Positions 53,502-63,223 of a DNA stretch of 64,000 nucleotides are shown piece by piece. This DNA is from Verrucomicrobiia bacterium (GTDB lineage: Bacteria; Desulfobacterota; Binatia; UBA9968). Under the pieces are notes generated by a model. The model did not search any database, was not told the origin of the DNA, and saw only the letters and a program-made list of their open reading frames with translations. How positions within the stretch are numbered: the stretch's first letter is position 1; each line of letters opens with the position of its first letter. The DNA lies in the NCBI GenBank assembly GCA_035495775.1, contig DATJFG010000133.1, positions 10,178-74,177 of the forward strand. The letters run 5' to 3'. The position numbers were made by a program, and so were the translations under genes.

Positions 53502-54506
53502 ATGACGAAGGCCGTCAAAGCCTTGGTTATCATTGGCGCCGTTTTCGCGCCGTGGCTTGCGGCTTTTCTGACCACCGCTCCCATGCTGAGTCTTCGCGCG
53601 CACGCGGCGCAGGGCGATTTTCTAAAGCTCACCGTCGGCTACACGCCGATCGCCGGGGCGTCGCTGCCGTTTTTCATCGCCGTCGAGGAGAAGAGCTTTC
53701 AAAAATACGGACTCGAGGTCTCACCGATATTCATGGGCGGCTCGCCGCTGATCAACTCGGCGATTCTTTCCGGCGAGTTCCCCATCGGCTACACGGGAGG
53801 CGGCGCGCTCATGTCGAGCCGCCTCGCGGGCAGCGATCTGATCGCGATCGCCTCGCCGCTGCCGGTCTTGACCATCGACGGCTGGGCACGGCCTGAGATC
53901 AAGTCAGTCGCAGATCTCAAGGGAAAGAGAATCGGCGTTACACGGTTCGGCGCATCGAGTTATTTCGCGGGACTCTCCATGCTGGAGTCGGCCGGGGTCA
54001 AACCCAGCGAGGTCGTTTTTATCCAGAACGGCGGTGTCGGAGAGTCGCTCGCGGCGCTGCTCGGCGGCCGCGTCGACGTCTGCATGATTGGCTATCCCTT
54101 CGGTTTGAGAGCCAAAAAGGAGGGTTTCCACCTGCTTTTCCGGCCCTCGGACACCGAATACGGTTTTTTTCCGACTGCCGTCATCGCGGCGCGAGAGTCG
54201 TGGCTTAAAGAGGCCAAGAGCCGCAACCTCGCGATCAACTTTTTGCGCGCGCTCAACGAAGGGCAGCAGCTCGCCAGAGAAAACGCGGAGGCGAGCAAGA
54301 AGGCGCTCAGAAAATATACCCGCGTCGACAATGACGCGGAGTTGCAGGGCAGCTTCGAATACTACAGGTCCGCATTCTCCAGCACACTCCGCACCGCAGA
54401 TAAATCCATGGCGAACGCACTCAAATTTATCGATCATCCCAAGGCCAAAGGGGCCGATGTGAAACAGTTTTACGACAACAGTCTGGTCGACGAGGCGATG
54501 AAATGA
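53502..54506 (+). CDS. NMT1/SsuA-like periplasmic substrate-binding protein
   Basis: Signal peptide; SBP type-2 fold; RBS AAGGAAAG before ATG at 53502. Confidence 0.65.
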   Translation: MTKAVKALVIIGAVFAPWLAAFLTTAPMLSLRAHAAQGDFLKLTVGYTPIAGASLPFFIAVEEKSFQKYGLEVSPIFMGGSPLINSAILSGEFPIGYTGGGALMSSRLAGSDLIAIASPLPVLTIDGWARPEIKSVADLKGKRIGVTRFGASSYFAGLSMLESAGVKPSEVVFIQNGGVGESLAALLGGRVDVCMIGYPFGLRAKKEGFHLLFRPSDTEYGFFPTAVIAARESWLKEAKSRNLAINFLRALNEGQQLARENAEASKKALRKYTRVDNDAELQGSFEYYRSAFSSTLRTADKSMANALKFIDHPKAKGADVKQFYDNSLVDEAMK

Positions 54507-54545
54507 TTTTACATTGTCGATGCTCTAGCATGGATGAAATAAACT

Positions 54546-55631
54546 ATGCCGAATAAAATTCTCATCGTCGACGACGAGCCGTTCAATCTCGATCTCCTGG
54601 AGCAGGAACTCGCCGATCACGATTATCTGATCGAGCGGGCGAGCGACGGCGTCGAGGCGCTTGCGAAGGTCGAAAGCTTCGCGCCGGACGTCGTCCTGCT
54701 CGATTACATGATGCCGAACATGAACGGCATCGAGACCGTCAAGCGACTGAGGGAGGACGAACGCTTCCGCTCGCTGCCCGTGATTCTTGTTACGGCCAAG
54801 GGTTCGCAGGACGACAAGGTGCGTGGCCTCGACGCCGGAGCGGACGATTATGTGGTGAAACCGTTCGACTCCTTCGAGCTCCTGGCGCGGGTTCGCTCGA
54901 TGATGCGCATCAAGCGGCTGCATGATTCTCTCGAAGAGTTGAACCGTTCTCTCGCGGACAAAGTCTCCGATCAGGTGCGGGAGATCGAAAGGATGGGGCG
55001 GCTCAAACGATATCTCTCACCGCAAGTTGCCGACACGGTTCTGGAGAAGGACGAGGAGAGCCTGTTTAAGACCCACCGGCGTGAGATCACGGTCGTGTTC
55101 CTCGATCTCCGCGGATTCACCGCCTTCGCGGACAGCGCCGAGCCCGAAGAGATCATGGAGCTTCTGCGCAGCTATCACTGTGAGATGGGAAAATTGATCT
55201 TCAAATACCAAGGCACGCTGGAGCGCTTCGCCGGCGACGGTATCATGATTTTCTTCAACGACCCCATCCCGTGCGAAGACCACACACTGTGCGCGGTGCG
55301 CATGGCGGTCGAGATGCGCTCCCGCGCCGCGGAGCTCAGAGCCGGCTGGCGGAAGCGCGGATACGATCTCGATCTCGGCATCGGGCTAGCTTGCAGCTAC
55401 GCAACGCTCGGAAATATCGGCTTCGAAGGACGCATGGATTACGGCGCGATCGGCAATGTCACCAATCTCGCCTCGCGCCTCTGCGACGAGGCCAAAGGCG
55501 GGCAGATTCTCACGAATCAAAAGACGCTCAGCAAGATCGATCATCTGGTCGAAGTCGAGCCGCTTGAGGAGCTTCAACTGAAAGGCTTCGCGCGGCCGGT
55601 GAAGGCCCTCAATATCGTCGCGCTGAAATAG
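54546..55631 (+). CDS. response regulator receiver fused to class III adenylate/guanylate cyclase domain
   Basis: REC domain nearly identical at N-terminus to the NtrC-like REC; cyclase motifs FLDLRGFT, ERFAGDGIMIFFNDP, GIGLACSYATLGNIG. Confidence 0.85.
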   Translation: MPNKILIVDDEPFNLDLLEQELADHDYLIERASDGVEALAKVESFAPDVVLLDYMMPNMNGIETVKRLREDERFRSLPVILVTAKGSQDDKVRGLDAGADDYVVKPFDSFELLARVRSMMRIKRLHDSLEELNRSLADKVSDQVREIERMGRLKRYLSPQVADTVLEKDEESLFKTHRREITVVFLDLRGFTAFADSAEPEEIMELLRSYHCEMGKLIFKYQGTLERFAGDGIMIFFNDPIPCEDHTLCAVRMAVEMRSRAAELRAGWRKRGYDLDLGIGLACSYATLGNIGFEGRMDYGAIGNVTNLASRLCDEAKGGQILTNQKTLSKIDHLVEVEPLEELQLKGFARPVKALNIVALK

Positions 55632-55680
55632 TCGGAAGCGCGATAGGGCTGTTCCCCCGCTTCTGCTCTTCCCGCCCCGA

Positions 55681-57486
55681 TTACCTTCGACTCTCAACCA
55701 CAGTGGATTCCGTGACGTGCGCAAGATCAGGCGCCGCGCTCACGCGCGCGCGTACACCGATGCGGCCGCCGAGGGCTCTGACGACGATAGCTCCCGTCAC
55801 GGTGAGGACGATGATGAAGATGCTGATGATGCTCGCCGCCTCGCGGTTGCTGATGGCGATCGACGAGAGCTCCAGCGCCATCAGTGACAGCGTCATGGTG
55901 TCGCGCGAGGCGAGCAGGATGATGCTGCCCGTTGCGCTGGCGGCGCTGACGAAATTCATTACGGCTATCAGCATCAGCGCCGGCATCAAGAGCGGCAGCC
56001 AAATGCGGAAGTAGGTTCTCAGCCAACCCGCTCCGGAGACGCGGGCCGCCTCCTCCATATCCGCGCCGATCTGTACGAAGAGCCCCTTCATCACGTTCAC
56101 TCCGGTGGTTTTTCCCTGGAGGATCACCACGATGATCAGCGCCCAGATCGTCCCAAATAAGAAACTCAGCCCCGGTGTGCCGAGAAACAGCCACAAGAGG
56201 CCGAGACCGGCGAGGATTCCCGGGACCGCCCCCGAACACCAGACCATAAGGTCCAACGCGCCGCGGCCCGGCAGATGGGTTCGCACCAGGATGTAAGCAA
56301 TGATCGAGAATAGGAGCGGGCTGATGACGGCCGCGGTGGTGCCGAGAATTAGCGTCGTGTCGAGCGCTTTGATGAAAACGGGATCATTCAGGACGAGCTT
56401 CCAATGCTCGAGCGTGAAGCCGAGCATGAAGTAGCCTATGCGGGTCATGAAACTTCCGAGCACGAGTATGCACAGCGGCCCCACCGTCAGCAGCATCAGA
56501 AGCAATGCGATCGCGCCGAAGGCGACGTAGTTCCACCGGCCCATATCGATGAGCCCCGGGCGAAAGCTGCCCGTGACGGTCGTGTAGCGGCGCCGCTCGA
56601 GGATCCAGCGCTGCACGGGAATGATCAGCGCGATCAAGAGCAGCGTCATGCTCGCCAGCACCGTCGCCTCGCCGTAGTTGGGAACCGGATCACGTATCAG
56701 CGCGAAGATCTTGGTCGAATAGACGTAGAAACCAAACGGCATCCCCAGCAAGTATTCGGTCTCGAAAGACTGAAAAATTCTCAAGAGCTGAAGCGCGAGG
56801 ACCAGCATCATCGGCGGCAGCATGAGCGGCAGCGTCACTCTGAAAAGAGTCCGCAGGTTGCCGGCGCCGCCGACGCGCGCGGCCTCCTCCAAAGCGGAGT
56901 CCATGTTGCGGAACGCCGGCGTCAACAGCATGACCTTGATGGCGATGCCGTGGCCCATCAGGTTCGCCCAGACGATTCCCGGCACGCTGAAGATGTTGAA
57001 AGGGCCCTGCGCGAAAAGCCCGAGCTTCGTCAGCCCGACATTGATGAGTCCGAGATCCGGGTCGAGCAGGCTGATCCAGGCGATGGTCGTGGGGAGGGTC
57101 GGCACCATGTACGCAATCCAGAACATGAATTCCAAAGAATGGCTGTAGGGAGTGCGCGTGCGCGCGAGGAGCCAGGCGATGGCGACTCCGATGGGAAAGC
57201 TGAAAGTAACCGTCAGCGACCAGATCAGCAGGGAGTTGCCGAGGGATTTGAGCAGCCCCGGCCTGAGAAAGGCATTTTGCCAGTGCCGCAATCCCCAGAC
57301 ACGCGGCTCGACGAACCAATCGCCCGCCGCGTTGAAGCTGTTGATCAGCAGCAGCAGGACCGGCCAGACGAGAAAGTAGCCCAGCACGAGCAGCACCGCC
57401 GCCATGACGACATGACCCGCGGTGAGGTGCATCGCGGAGGCATTTCTCGCGAGGGGTAATTCGTCTATCGTCGGCGCTCGCTCCAT
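55681..57486 (-). CDS. ABC transporter permease with duplicated BPD_transp_1 domains (FbpB/ThiP-type)
   Basis: 601 aa, ~12 TM helices, two EAA-like loops. Confidence 0.8.
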   Translation of the reverse strand: MERAPTIDELPLARNASAMHLTAGHVVMAAVLLVLGYFLVWPVLLLLINSFNAAGDWFVEPRVWGLRHWQNAFLRPGLLKSLGNSLLIWSLTVTFSFPIGVAIAWLLARTRTPYSHSLEFMFWIAYMVPTLPTTIAWISLLDPDLGLINVGLTKLGLFAQGPFNIFSVPGIVWANLMGHGIAIKVMLLTPAFRNMDSALEEAARVGGAGNLRTLFRVTLPLMLPPMMLVLALQLLRIFQSFETEYLLGMPFGFYVYSTKIFALIRDPVPNYGEATVLASMTLLLIALIIPVQRWILERRRYTTVTGSFRPGLIDMGRWNYVAFGAIALLLMLLTVGPLCILVLGSFMTRIGYFMLGFTLEHWKLVLNDPVFIKALDTTLILGTTAAVISPLLFSIIAYILVRTHLPGRGALDLMVWCSGAVPGILAGLGLLWLFLGTPGLSFLFGTIWALIIVVILQGKTTGVNVMKGLFVQIGADMEEAARVSGAGWLRTYFRIWLPLLMPALMLIAVMNFVSAASATGSIILLASRDTMTLSLMALELSSIAISNREAASIISIFIIVLTVTGAIVVRALGGRIGVRARVSAAPDLAHVTESTVVESRR

Positions 57487-57522
57487 AACTTACTTCGCGC
57501 AGCTTATGAAATCACGCGCGGA

Positions 57523-58692
57523 TCATTTCTGGCGCGACTCCCAGAGCTTGTAGATCCATTTCTGGGCTTCTTCCTGGCGCGCGCCGAATTTTGGGTCCGC
57601 GTCGGGAAAGCCATACTCGGCCCCTGGCGCGCGCCGCTGGTCCGGCGGCACTTCGCCGAAGGGCACGTCGTTGCGCAAAGACGAGCGATCGAGATTCGGC
57701 ACCAAAGTGTGCGTCAGCGACTGCGCCTCTTTGGTGAGAAACCAGTTTGCGAACAGTTTCGCCGCGCTCGGATGGGGGGCGTTGGCGAACGCGGAAATGC
57801 AGCAGCCGGAGCCGCCGGCGCGTATCAGCGCGACCTGCTTGGGAAGAAAGGCCTGTTTGATCGGCAGTCCTTTTTTCGCCAGGCCGATGAGGTCTTCGCT
57901 CCCGGTGACGACGGGCTGAAGTGGAAACCGTCCGCCCACGAGCCAGGTCTCAAGAATCCTGCGATCGTCCGAGAATGTTAATCCCGCATCGAGAAGATAA
58001 GTCCGCACCCAGTCCGGCCCGCGGTCGGGCTCGAAATAGCTGTCGATCATCTGCCGGATCCCGGACGGGTCGCCCATGCCCTGGCCGATCATCTTTCCCT
58101 TCCAGCGCGGATCGAAGAAGTCCGTCTGCTTTTTCAGCGTCGCGATCTCCGGCTCTTTGATCTTGTCGGTGTTGTACCAATATTCGTACTTGTCCTCTTT
58201 CGTCACGTGATAGATAAAGATCGTGTTCGACGATTTGTCGCCGTACCAGTGGCGGCCGAGATACCAGGCGGACTTGTCCAGGACATCGGGATGAATGAGC
58301 AAGGGCGGGAACGGCACCAGCGACCCGGACGGAAGCAGTCTCTGCTGCGCCTCGCGGATGCTGATCAGGGCGATGTCCATGGTGTATTTCCCCGCCTTGC
58401 GCTCGGCGAGCACACGGTTGACCGTATCGGTCGCGCTGCCGGTGGACACCTCGACGGTGACGCCGAACTTTTTTTGGAAGACATCGACCACGGGTCGGTA
58501 CTGGCGCGAAGGCGCGCCACCGGAGGCGATCGCCACGGTCCCCTCGCGTCTTGCCGCAGCGACAAGCTTGGACCATTCCTCTTCGAAGTTCGATTTGGCC
58601 GGCGCGATGGGCTTTTCTGCGGCGGCGGCAACAGCGATAGTTGAATAGTTGAACGCCGCGGCGAAGAAAACCAGTAAAATCATCATGAGCAT
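57523..58692 (-). CDS. extracellular solute-binding protein family 1 (iron(III)/thiamine/polyamine-type)
   Basis: Signal peptide, 389 aa, type-2 SBP fold; adjacent to permease and ATPase. Confidence 0.7.
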   Translation of the reverse strand: MLMMILLVFFAAAFNYSTIAVAAAAEKPIAPAKSNFEEEWSKLVAAARREGTVAIASGGAPSRQYRPVVDVFQKKFGVTVEVSTGSATDTVNRVLAERKAGKYTMDIALISIREAQQRLLPSGSLVPFPPLLIHPDVLDKSAWYLGRHWYGDKSSNTIFIYHVTKEDKYEYWYNTDKIKEPEIATLKKQTDFFDPRWKGKMIGQGMGDPSGIRQMIDSYFEPDRGPDWVRTYLLDAGLTFSDDRRILETWLVGGRFPLQPVVTGSEDLIGLAKKGLPIKQAFLPKQVALIRAGGSGCCISAFANAPHPSAAKLFANWFLTKEAQSLTHTLVPNLDRSSLRNDVPFGEVPPDQRRAPGAEYGFPDADPKFGARQEEAQKWIYKLWESRQK

Positions 58693-58707
58693 GACGAATT
58701 CCTCCTG

Positions 58708-59919
58708 CTAGACGGCGTCATCGCGGAGCCAGTCGGACGCCCAAGCGCTATGCCCGTCGGGCCTGAGCTTGAGCCAGACCTTGCTGCCTTCTTCCACCGG
58801 ATTATGACGCTCGCCGTAAATGATGATCTCCCCTTGTCCATGGATCTCGACCTGATATTCGATACGCTCGCCGACGAACAGCGCCGCCTGAGCCGTGCCG
58901 CCGATCATCCCGGCCGGCACGCGCGTTCCCAGCGCGGGAAGGATCTCCACGTCTTCCGGCCGCACGGCGATATAGACCGCCGCGCCGCTTTTAACGCCGC
59001 CGGGGTTATAGCTGCGGCCGAAGACGACGCAGTCCGGCGCACCGTCGACGGCGATGGCGATCTGCCCAGACGGGTTGCTGGTCTCGACTCTCCCTTTGAA
59101 CAACAACGTCCGGCCGACGAAGTCGCGCACGAATTCGTTAGCCGGCTGTTCGTAAAGCAGCCGCGGACCGCCCTGCTGCTGCACGACGCCGAAGTTCATG
59201 AGCGCGATGCGATTCGACAGGCTCAGGGCCTCGATCTGATCGTGGGTGACGAACAGGACGGCGATATTCAGCCGCTTTTGTAAAAGCTTGACCTCGATTC
59301 GCATATGCTCGCGCAGCTTCGCATCGAGATTGCTGAACGGCTCATCGAGCAGCAACACCTGGGGCTCGGTCACGAGCGCGCGCGCCAAGGCGACGCGCTG
59401 CTGCTGTCCGCCGCTTAAAAACGGCCCAGGGCGCTCCTCGTATCCGGCCATGCCGACCAACTCCAACGCCCTGCGAACGCGATCTTTGATTTCTGTCCTC
59501 GGAAATCTCCGCGACTTGAGAGGAAAGGCTACGTTCTCCGCCACCGTCATGTGCGGCCAGATCGCGTAGGACTGAAAGACCATGCCGACGTTGCGCTTCT
59601 CGGGCGGCACGAATAATCGTCGTGAGCTTATGACGACGGCGCGGTCGTGGAAAAAAATATCGCCTGCGTCAGGGACCTCCAAGCCGGCCACCATGCGGAG
59701 CGTCGTCGTTTTGCCGCAGCCGCTCGGACCAAGCAAGGTCACGATTTCCCCTTCGCACACATCCAGGGAGAGGTCCTTGACCGCGGGATGTGGATTTCCG
59801 GGATAGCTCTTCCACAGGCCTTGAAGTCGCACAGCGGCTTTGGCCTGGGCGGCCGGCGCGCGCGGCGCGTCGATGCTCGACCGCAGCGCATCACCAGTCT
59901 TCTGATTTAGATTCTGCAC
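58708..59919 (-). CDS. ABC transporter ATP-binding protein with C-terminal TOBE domain (FbpC/PotA-like)
   Basis: Walker A GPSGCGKTT, signature LSGGQQQRVALARAL, Walker B LLLDEP, H-loop; C-terminal TOBE. Confidence 0.9.
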   Translation of the reverse strand: MQNLNQKTGDALRSSIDAPRAPAAQAKAAVRLQGLWKSYPGNPHPAVKDLSLDVCEGEIVTLLGPSGCGKTTTLRMVAGLEVPDAGDIFFHDRAVVISSRRLFVPPEKRNVGMVFQSYAIWPHMTVAENVAFPLKSRRFPRTEIKDRVRRALELVGMAGYEERPGPFLSGGQQQRVALARALVTEPQVLLLDEPFSNLDAKLREHMRIEVKLLQKRLNIAVLFVTHDQIEALSLSNRIALMNFGVVQQQGGPRLLYEQPANEFVRDFVGRTLLFKGRVETSNPSGQIAIAVDGAPDCVVFGRSYNPGGVKSGAAVYIAVRPEDVEILPALGTRVPAGMIGGTAQAALFVGERIEYQVEIHGQGEIIIYGERHNPVEEGSKVWLKLRPDGHSAWASDWLRDDAV

Positions 59920-59933
59920 GAGAAAGTCTGGAG

Positions 59934-60884
59934 CTACTGCCCCGGAAGCGCGGCGGCCTCGGCATGAAAAAAGGTACGGTAATCGATGCGGTTCGGCGAC
60001 AGTCCCTGTTCATGCGCGAACTGCGTCATCGCTTCGAGCGTGCGGCGGTTGTTTTCGATGTTGTACGACCAGTAATTGTCGCCCATGAGCGCGCGCTGGT
60101 CGCCGACCGCGGCGGCGGCCCACGAATAGATGATGATGCTAGGGTCGGGCCCCTCGAGGCGGTTGAAGGCTTCGTCGCGCGCGCGGCGGAACGCCTTCAG
60201 CAGCGCGACCGGCGCGCCTGGATGACGGTCGACGAACTCTTGCTTCAGCGTCACGATGTGACTGGTCGGGAAAATGCCGGTCTCTTTGAAATAGGTCTGC
60301 TCCTCGCTCCGGTAATCGCGGAAAAGCCGGCGCGCGCGCGGGTCGCGATTCGTGATCGAGGGCAGCACGTTCGGTCCGATGACCGCGTCGAGTTTTCCCT
60401 CCACTAATAAACCGTCCAACATCGCGTCCGCGTCGCCGCGGCCCTCGAGCTGCTCGATGCGAATGCCTGCGGCGACGCCGTCTTTTTTAACCCGCGGCGC
60501 GAACCATTTGATGCGCGTAAGATCGACGCCGTAATAATGCTGCAGCGCGCCGCGTGCCCACACCCCCGCCGTGTTATCCCATTGCATGATGCCGACGCGC
60601 TTGCCATCCAAATCCTTCGGCGACTCGACGCCCGCTTTGCTGTTGACGAAAATATAGGCAAGGCGAAACTTGCGGTTCGGGAACGCAGGTATGGAGATGT
60701 GCGGGAGACCCTGAGCGTATGCCCGCACGCGCGCGGCGAAGCCGCAGTCCCAGGCGTCGGCCTCGTCTTCCGTAGGCACGAACTCGAAATCGAAGCCGTC
60801 GATCTTGACCGTGCCGTCGGTGATCGCGGTGTTGGTGTCGATCGTGGGCTCGCGGAAATAAAAACGGAGCTTGGGGTTGGCCAT
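59934..60884 (-). CDS. 4,5-dihydroxyphthalate decarboxylase (PhtD)-like / NMT1-fold protein
   Basis: DLDGKRVGIMQWDNTAGVWARGALQHYYGVDL and ALMGDNYWSYNIENNRRTLEAMTQFAHEQGLS blocks resemble the PhtD family. True start MANPKL with AAGGAG RBS; the track ORF has an Arg-rich artefactual extension. Confidence 0.55.
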   Translation of the reverse strand: MANPKLRFYFREPTIDTNTAITDGTVKIDGFDFEFVPTEDEADAWDCGFAARVRAYAQGLPHISIPAFPNRKFRLAYIFVNSKAGVESPKDLDGKRVGIMQWDNTAGVWARGALQHYYGVDLTRIKWFAPRVKKDGVAAGIRIEQLEGRGDADAMLDGLLVEGKLDAVIGPNVLPSITNRDPRARRLFRDYRSEEQTYFKETGIFPTSHIVTLKQEFVDRHPGAPVALLKAFRRARDEAFNRLEGPDPSIIIYSWAAAAVGDQRALMGDNYWSYNIENNRRTLEAMTQFAHEQGLSPNRIDYRTFFHAEAAALPGQ

Positions 60885-60931
60885 CGTTGAACTCCTTGTA
60901 ACCAGCGAGCGCGGAAGGCGGCGCGGCAGCG

Positions 60932-61954
60932 CTAGAATCCTCGCGCTTCTTCTTTCAGGTAGAAGCCGAGCTTTTTCATCGCCGGCCAATCGTCGATCGA
61001 GAAGAGGACCGCGTCGCCGCCGCCCGTGTTCTCGTGATGATGCCACTTCCAGGCGGGGACGGCGAAGATGTCGCCTTGCTGCCATGCGAGGCGCTCGCCC
61101 TCGATGGCGACCGCGCCTTCGCCTTCGAAGCCGAAGTAAAAGGTCGTGCTGTTGTGCCGGTGCGGAAAAGTTCTCTGCTTTCGCTCCAGCAACTGTGCCT
61201 GCCAGGCGATCGTCGGCAGAGTCGGCCCGCCGTCGACGGGACTTGCGAGCATCGTGAGAAATCCATCGTAGGGATCGCTCGCTCCGGCCTGCCGCAGCGC
61301 CGTTAGCGCCGCTTGCGTCGCGGCCCACGGATAGCGCATCGGCGGAATAGGGAAAACCGTCTCACCCGGCGCGGAGCGCGCGCCTTCCACGGCGATCGGC
61401 CCGTCGCCGGCCTCTTTTTTGATCTCCTGATAGGGCGCGTCGTCCGGCAGCCGCTCGTTTATGTTCACGTTCGGGTTGTAGCCGTTGTCGTAGCCGTCGA
61501 TCCAGATCGCCGGCGTCGCGCCTTTGTTCCAATGGTCGTGGAAGGTCCACGCCGGGTTCGTGACCACGTCCCCGCGCTCCATCGGGTAGGTCGCATGCTC
61601 GCAGACGAAGACCGCTTCCTCGGGCGCCTGGCAGACGAGCCGCGTCTCGCTCCGCAAGTTTCGATGCGCCTGGGTCCGCTCACCGGGCATGAGGATCTGG
61701 GCGTTCATCCAGATGGGAAAGCGGCGCGCTTCGATGCCGACGACCGACCGCATTCCGGTCATGCCGCTGGGCCCCACGGTCACGATCTTTCCCGACTGCA
61801 TCAGCCCCTTGTAGATTCCTTCCCAGGACCAGTGGGCGGCGGTGTTGCCTTCGCGCGGCGCGGTGCGCCCTTCACGCCTGAGCCCGGCGCCGACGAGGTG
61901 ATGCTCGGCGAGAAACCGCTCGAGGTCTTCGTGCGTGGTCCCTACGTCAAGCAT
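60932..61954 (-). CDS. gentisate 1,2-dioxygenase-like bicupin
   Basis: Two cupin motifs (HRHNSTTFYFGFEGEGAV..., metal-binding His); ~340 aa from MLDVGTTHEDLERF. Confidence 0.7.
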   Translation of the reverse strand: MLDVGTTHEDLERFLAEHHLVGAGLRREGRTAPREGNTAAHWSWEGIYKGLMQSGKIVTVGPSGMTGMRSVVGIEARRFPIWMNAQILMPGERTQAHRNLRSETRLVCQAPEEAVFVCEHATYPMERGDVVTNPAWTFHDHWNKGATPAIWIDGYDNGYNPNVNINERLPDDAPYQEIKKEAGDGPIAVEGARSAPGETVFPIPPMRYPWAATQAALTALRQAGASDPYDGFLTMLASPVDGGPTLPTIAWQAQLLERKQRTFPHRHNSTTFYFGFEGEGAVAIEGERLAWQQGDIFAVPAWKWHHHENTGGGDAVLFSIDDWPAMKKLGFYLKEEARGF

Positions 61955-61985
61955 GGATGGTTTCTGCGAGCTTGCGTCCGGCGTT

Positions 61986-63137
61986 TCAATCGAGATGGAA
62001 ATATCTGACGGTGTTGCCGACGAGCATTGCATGCCGGTCTTTTTGCGGCACGCCGGAAAAGTCTTCTTCCATGACCGGGATCGAGTTCGGCCACTCGCTC
62101 GCCGCATGGGCGAAATCGGTTCCCCAGATCAATTTGTCCGCGCCGATGCAATCGCGCTTGCGGACGCCGACCGGATCGTGCAGAAAGCCCCAGTAATTTC
62201 GGTCCTTGAGGTATGCGCTCGGCGGCCGTTCGAGATATTTGAGCCCCCAGTTCTCGTGGATCATCGGCATGTAGCGCTGGTAGTGATCGTCGAGCTGCCA
62301 GAGGCCGTATTCGAGCCAGCCGATCATGGTCTCGGCCCAGTACATCTCGAGCGTGGGGAAGCGGTCCCAGACTCCGGCGAACGCCATCTGAACCGCGCCC
62401 GTCATGGCGTCGTTGGTGAAGCGAAAGAAATAGTTCAGGGGCTCCCGCTGATGCACATCGGGTCCCGGCTCCTTGTCGTAGAGGAGACTGGGCTCGCCGC
62501 GACCTGAGCCGAATCGGCCGGTATTGTGATTGGTCAGCGGCATGCCGATCTCGAGCGCCGCCTTCCAGAATAGATCGTCTTCAGGCGTCGGATATCCTTT
62601 GCCGCTGGGGAACTTGTCGAGCTTCACGCCTTTCAATCCGAGCTTGGCGCAGTGCTCGAGCTCCCGCACCGCGTCGTTGACTCCGGATGTCGGGATCACC
62701 CCCATCGGAAAAAGGCGGTCCGGCGCCGCGGCCATGTATTCCTCGGCGAGAAACTCGTTGTAGGCGCGAATCAACTCCAGATAGAAAGCGTCGTCTTTGG
62801 CCTGCCGCAGCACGAATGAGATCTGGCTGAACAAGATCTCCGCGTCGATGCCGTCTTTGTCTTGCTCGCGCACGCGCTGTTCGGGCGAGCCGGTGCCGGC
62901 GCTGTTTTCGAACGTGGGGACCTGCTTGGCGAGATCGCTGTGCGCCACGCGCACGCTGCGGGTGATGCCGATCGTGTTGGGCTCGCCGCCGTCGATGACC
63001 ACGGCGTCCGAGCCGTTCGGCATTTTAACGCGCTTGGGGGCGCGGTCGCGCCATTTGGCCGCGACGCGGCCCCGCCAAACGTCGGGGTTGAGATCGATGT
63101 GGCCGTCTCCGGAGATGACTTTATACTCGCGCGCCAT
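61986..63137 (-). CDS. amidohydrolase-2 family (ACMSD/LigW/gamma-resorcylate decarboxylase-like)
   Basis: ISGDGHIDL N-terminal metal ligands HxH-like, GVKLDKF, WGTDFAH C-terminal block; start MAREYKVIS with GAAGGA RBS. Confidence 0.75.
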   Translation of the reverse strand: MAREYKVISGDGHIDLNPDVWRGRVAAKWRDRAPKRVKMPNGSDAVVIDGGEPNTIGITRSVRVAHSDLAKQVPTFENSAGTGSPEQRVREQDKDGIDAEILFSQISFVLRQAKDDAFYLELIRAYNEFLAEEYMAAAPDRLFPMGVIPTSGVNDAVRELEHCAKLGLKGVKLDKFPSGKGYPTPEDDLFWKAALEIGMPLTNHNTGRFGSGRGEPSLLYDKEPGPDVHQREPLNYFFRFTNDAMTGAVQMAFAGVWDRFPTLEMYWAETMIGWLEYGLWQLDDHYQRYMPMIHENWGLKYLERPPSAYLKDRNYWGFLHDPVGVRKRDCIGADKLIWGTDFAHAASEWPNSIPVMEEDFSGVPQKDRHAMLVGNTVRYFHLD

Positions 63138-63165
63138 GATGGAATCCTTCTCGTTGCGCCGGCGA

Positions 63166-63212
63166 ATTGAAAAACTGTACCCATGCCCTCCCCGGCAAGG
63201 AGAGGGCATGGG
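63166..63212 (-). terminator. Rho-independent terminator/attenuator between DapA-like and amidohydrolase genes
   Basis: 13-bp stem CCCATGCCCTCC / GGAGAGGGCATGGG; followed on the minus strand by GTTTTTC. Confidence 0.5.
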
Positions 63213-63223
63213 TCGTAGCTGAA

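Noticed and set aside
55632-55680. Bidirectional terminator between convergent cyclase and ABC permease genes (GGAAGCG...CGCTTCT)
   Set aside because: Imperfect 6-bp stem with an 18-nt loop and no clear T-run on either strand; not convincing
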